From Malacoraja senta (Eukaryota), in contig CM075989.1 of the NCBI GenBank assembly GCA_038087875.1, forward strand, positions 3,100,001-3,164,000: a stretch of DNA of 64,000 nt, written 5' to 3'. Position 1 is the first letter of the stretch, and each line of letters opens with the position of its first letter. The notes beneath the pieces were generated by a model, which saw nothing but the letters and a program-made list of their open reading frames with translations, was not told the DNA's origin and ran no database searches. This document shows, one piece after another, positions 62,763 through 64,000 of this stretch. Position numbers and translations under genes: made by a program.

Positions 62763-63802
62763 TAGGTATGTTACAATACTTACCTTCAGCCGCGCTGCAA
62801 TTCTGCCACTGGCCGTGTGCGCGATTTTGGTGCCTTTAAGGGGGGGCGGGGTCAAAACGTGGTTTCTCCTCCCTTGTCCTGAATTATATTTCGTTGGAGT
62901 ACAACCTTTTGCTGAAAAATCGTTCCTAGTGGCGTTTTGTGAATTTTTTATTTTTATTAAATCGTCAATGTCAGCGCTGGAGTAATTTTAAAAGCAGCTC
63001 CTGAAGCGTCAATGCCGATAACGGGGACGGATTTCACACACGGGACAGGTAAACGAAAGTGGTTTCTTTAAATGTATAAAAGTGCTTCTTAAGAAGCCTT
63101 TAATTCACATTTTTTCATGCGAAACGGTGATTTTATTCCCCGAACTAACGGCAGTATTTTTCATGCCAATACGGGGTTAAATTCACCGCAAATGAACGTT
63201 CCAAAAGATCGCGTTCCAGAAATCCTCACTCAGAAGATGATTTAAATGCCCATTAATTTACAGGTATTAAACATTCAATTCCTTCCATTTGGCCTGTAAA
63301 TTCATGAAAATGAGATTTAAAAATTATGTTATATTGTGAATTATTGTGTGAATGTTATTTGGACACTTAGGCTATTTAAAAATGTTAATCTATTCTTAAG
63401 AAATTGATAGATGTTTAGATCGAGTAATTGAATTTTGTAATTAGCTACAATTAGGTAACTAACTAATTATATGCTTTACTTTCATGTCTTCTAAGTAAGA
63501 TTGTTTCATATTTGTTTCAGAATGCTTCAATCTATAATAACTGAAAATTTCTTTCAGTTATCTTAATTTTTAAGAAAGGTATGGGCTTTTAACTGTCCTC
63601 GATCACAGCTTTTGTGTTAAGTCAATGGAAAAGCAATAGGGAACAAGATGCTAATTTCCGAGTATGCAAATGGCCATAACTTCTTTAATACTAAAGATAT
63701 GAAAGTGAATTAGGTGTCAAATTAAACTTCTTTTTATGCTTTATCTGATGGGATAAATTGCAGACTTTATTTTTAAAATCTCAAAATTTTGTAACATTGC
63801 TA
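62763..63802 (-). mobile_element. 1.03-kb TIR element, copy 3 (inverted)
   Basis: TSD ctctgct at 62756-62762 and 63803-63809. Confidence 0.9.
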
Positions 63803-64000
63803 CTCTGCTCCAGGGTGGCTCCAGTAACACACAATTCTGTCATAACACAAGCAGAAAGGACTTTGCAAACATCATTAAGCATGTGTAGTAAAGAGGGGGA
63901 TTGGGGGGAGATATCCGTTTTATTGCACACAGCTGAAATTCCTCCATGTTAATGATGAATGATGCACATGATAAATGGTAAAGCACTATTAGTGCCTGTG

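Overview
A eukaryotic, repeat-saturated, apparently non-genic window (large intron or gene desert). The HE1-like V-SINE and its CR1/HER1-like partner LINE point to a cartilaginous fish, probably a skate or ray (inference). I found no host protein-coding exon, and every recognisable ORF belongs to a transposable element. The repeats are many CR1 and Rex1/Babar LINE fragments, one L1 3' end with a 16-bp TSD, about 19 tRNA-derived V-SINEs, a Tc1 IR/DR fossil, six Harbinger-like MITEs, three copies of a 1.03-kb TIR element with 7-bp TSDs, many Penelope-derived pLTR pieces carrying minimal hammerhead-ribozyme motifs, the 5' half of a young Penelope ORF, and a 2.67-kb DIRS element with ITR/ICR and tyrosine recombinase but no RT. 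There is one 200-N assembly gap. The best second-look items are: (1) a ~240-bp palindromic hammerhead element that recurs with the same central junction and TSDs; (2) the RT-less DIRS whose ATT recombination core is readable from the sequence; (3) an exact 46-nt inverted copy of a CR1 tail plus its local flank 55 kb away, sitting at a Penelope truncation point; (4) the 7-bp-TSD element with an outward splice donor; (5) GC-rich, hairpin-bearing non-tRNA elements with interchangeable LINE tails. I cannot establish novelty for any of these without database searches, and most repeat boundaries are approximate unless a TSD or TIR is quoted.
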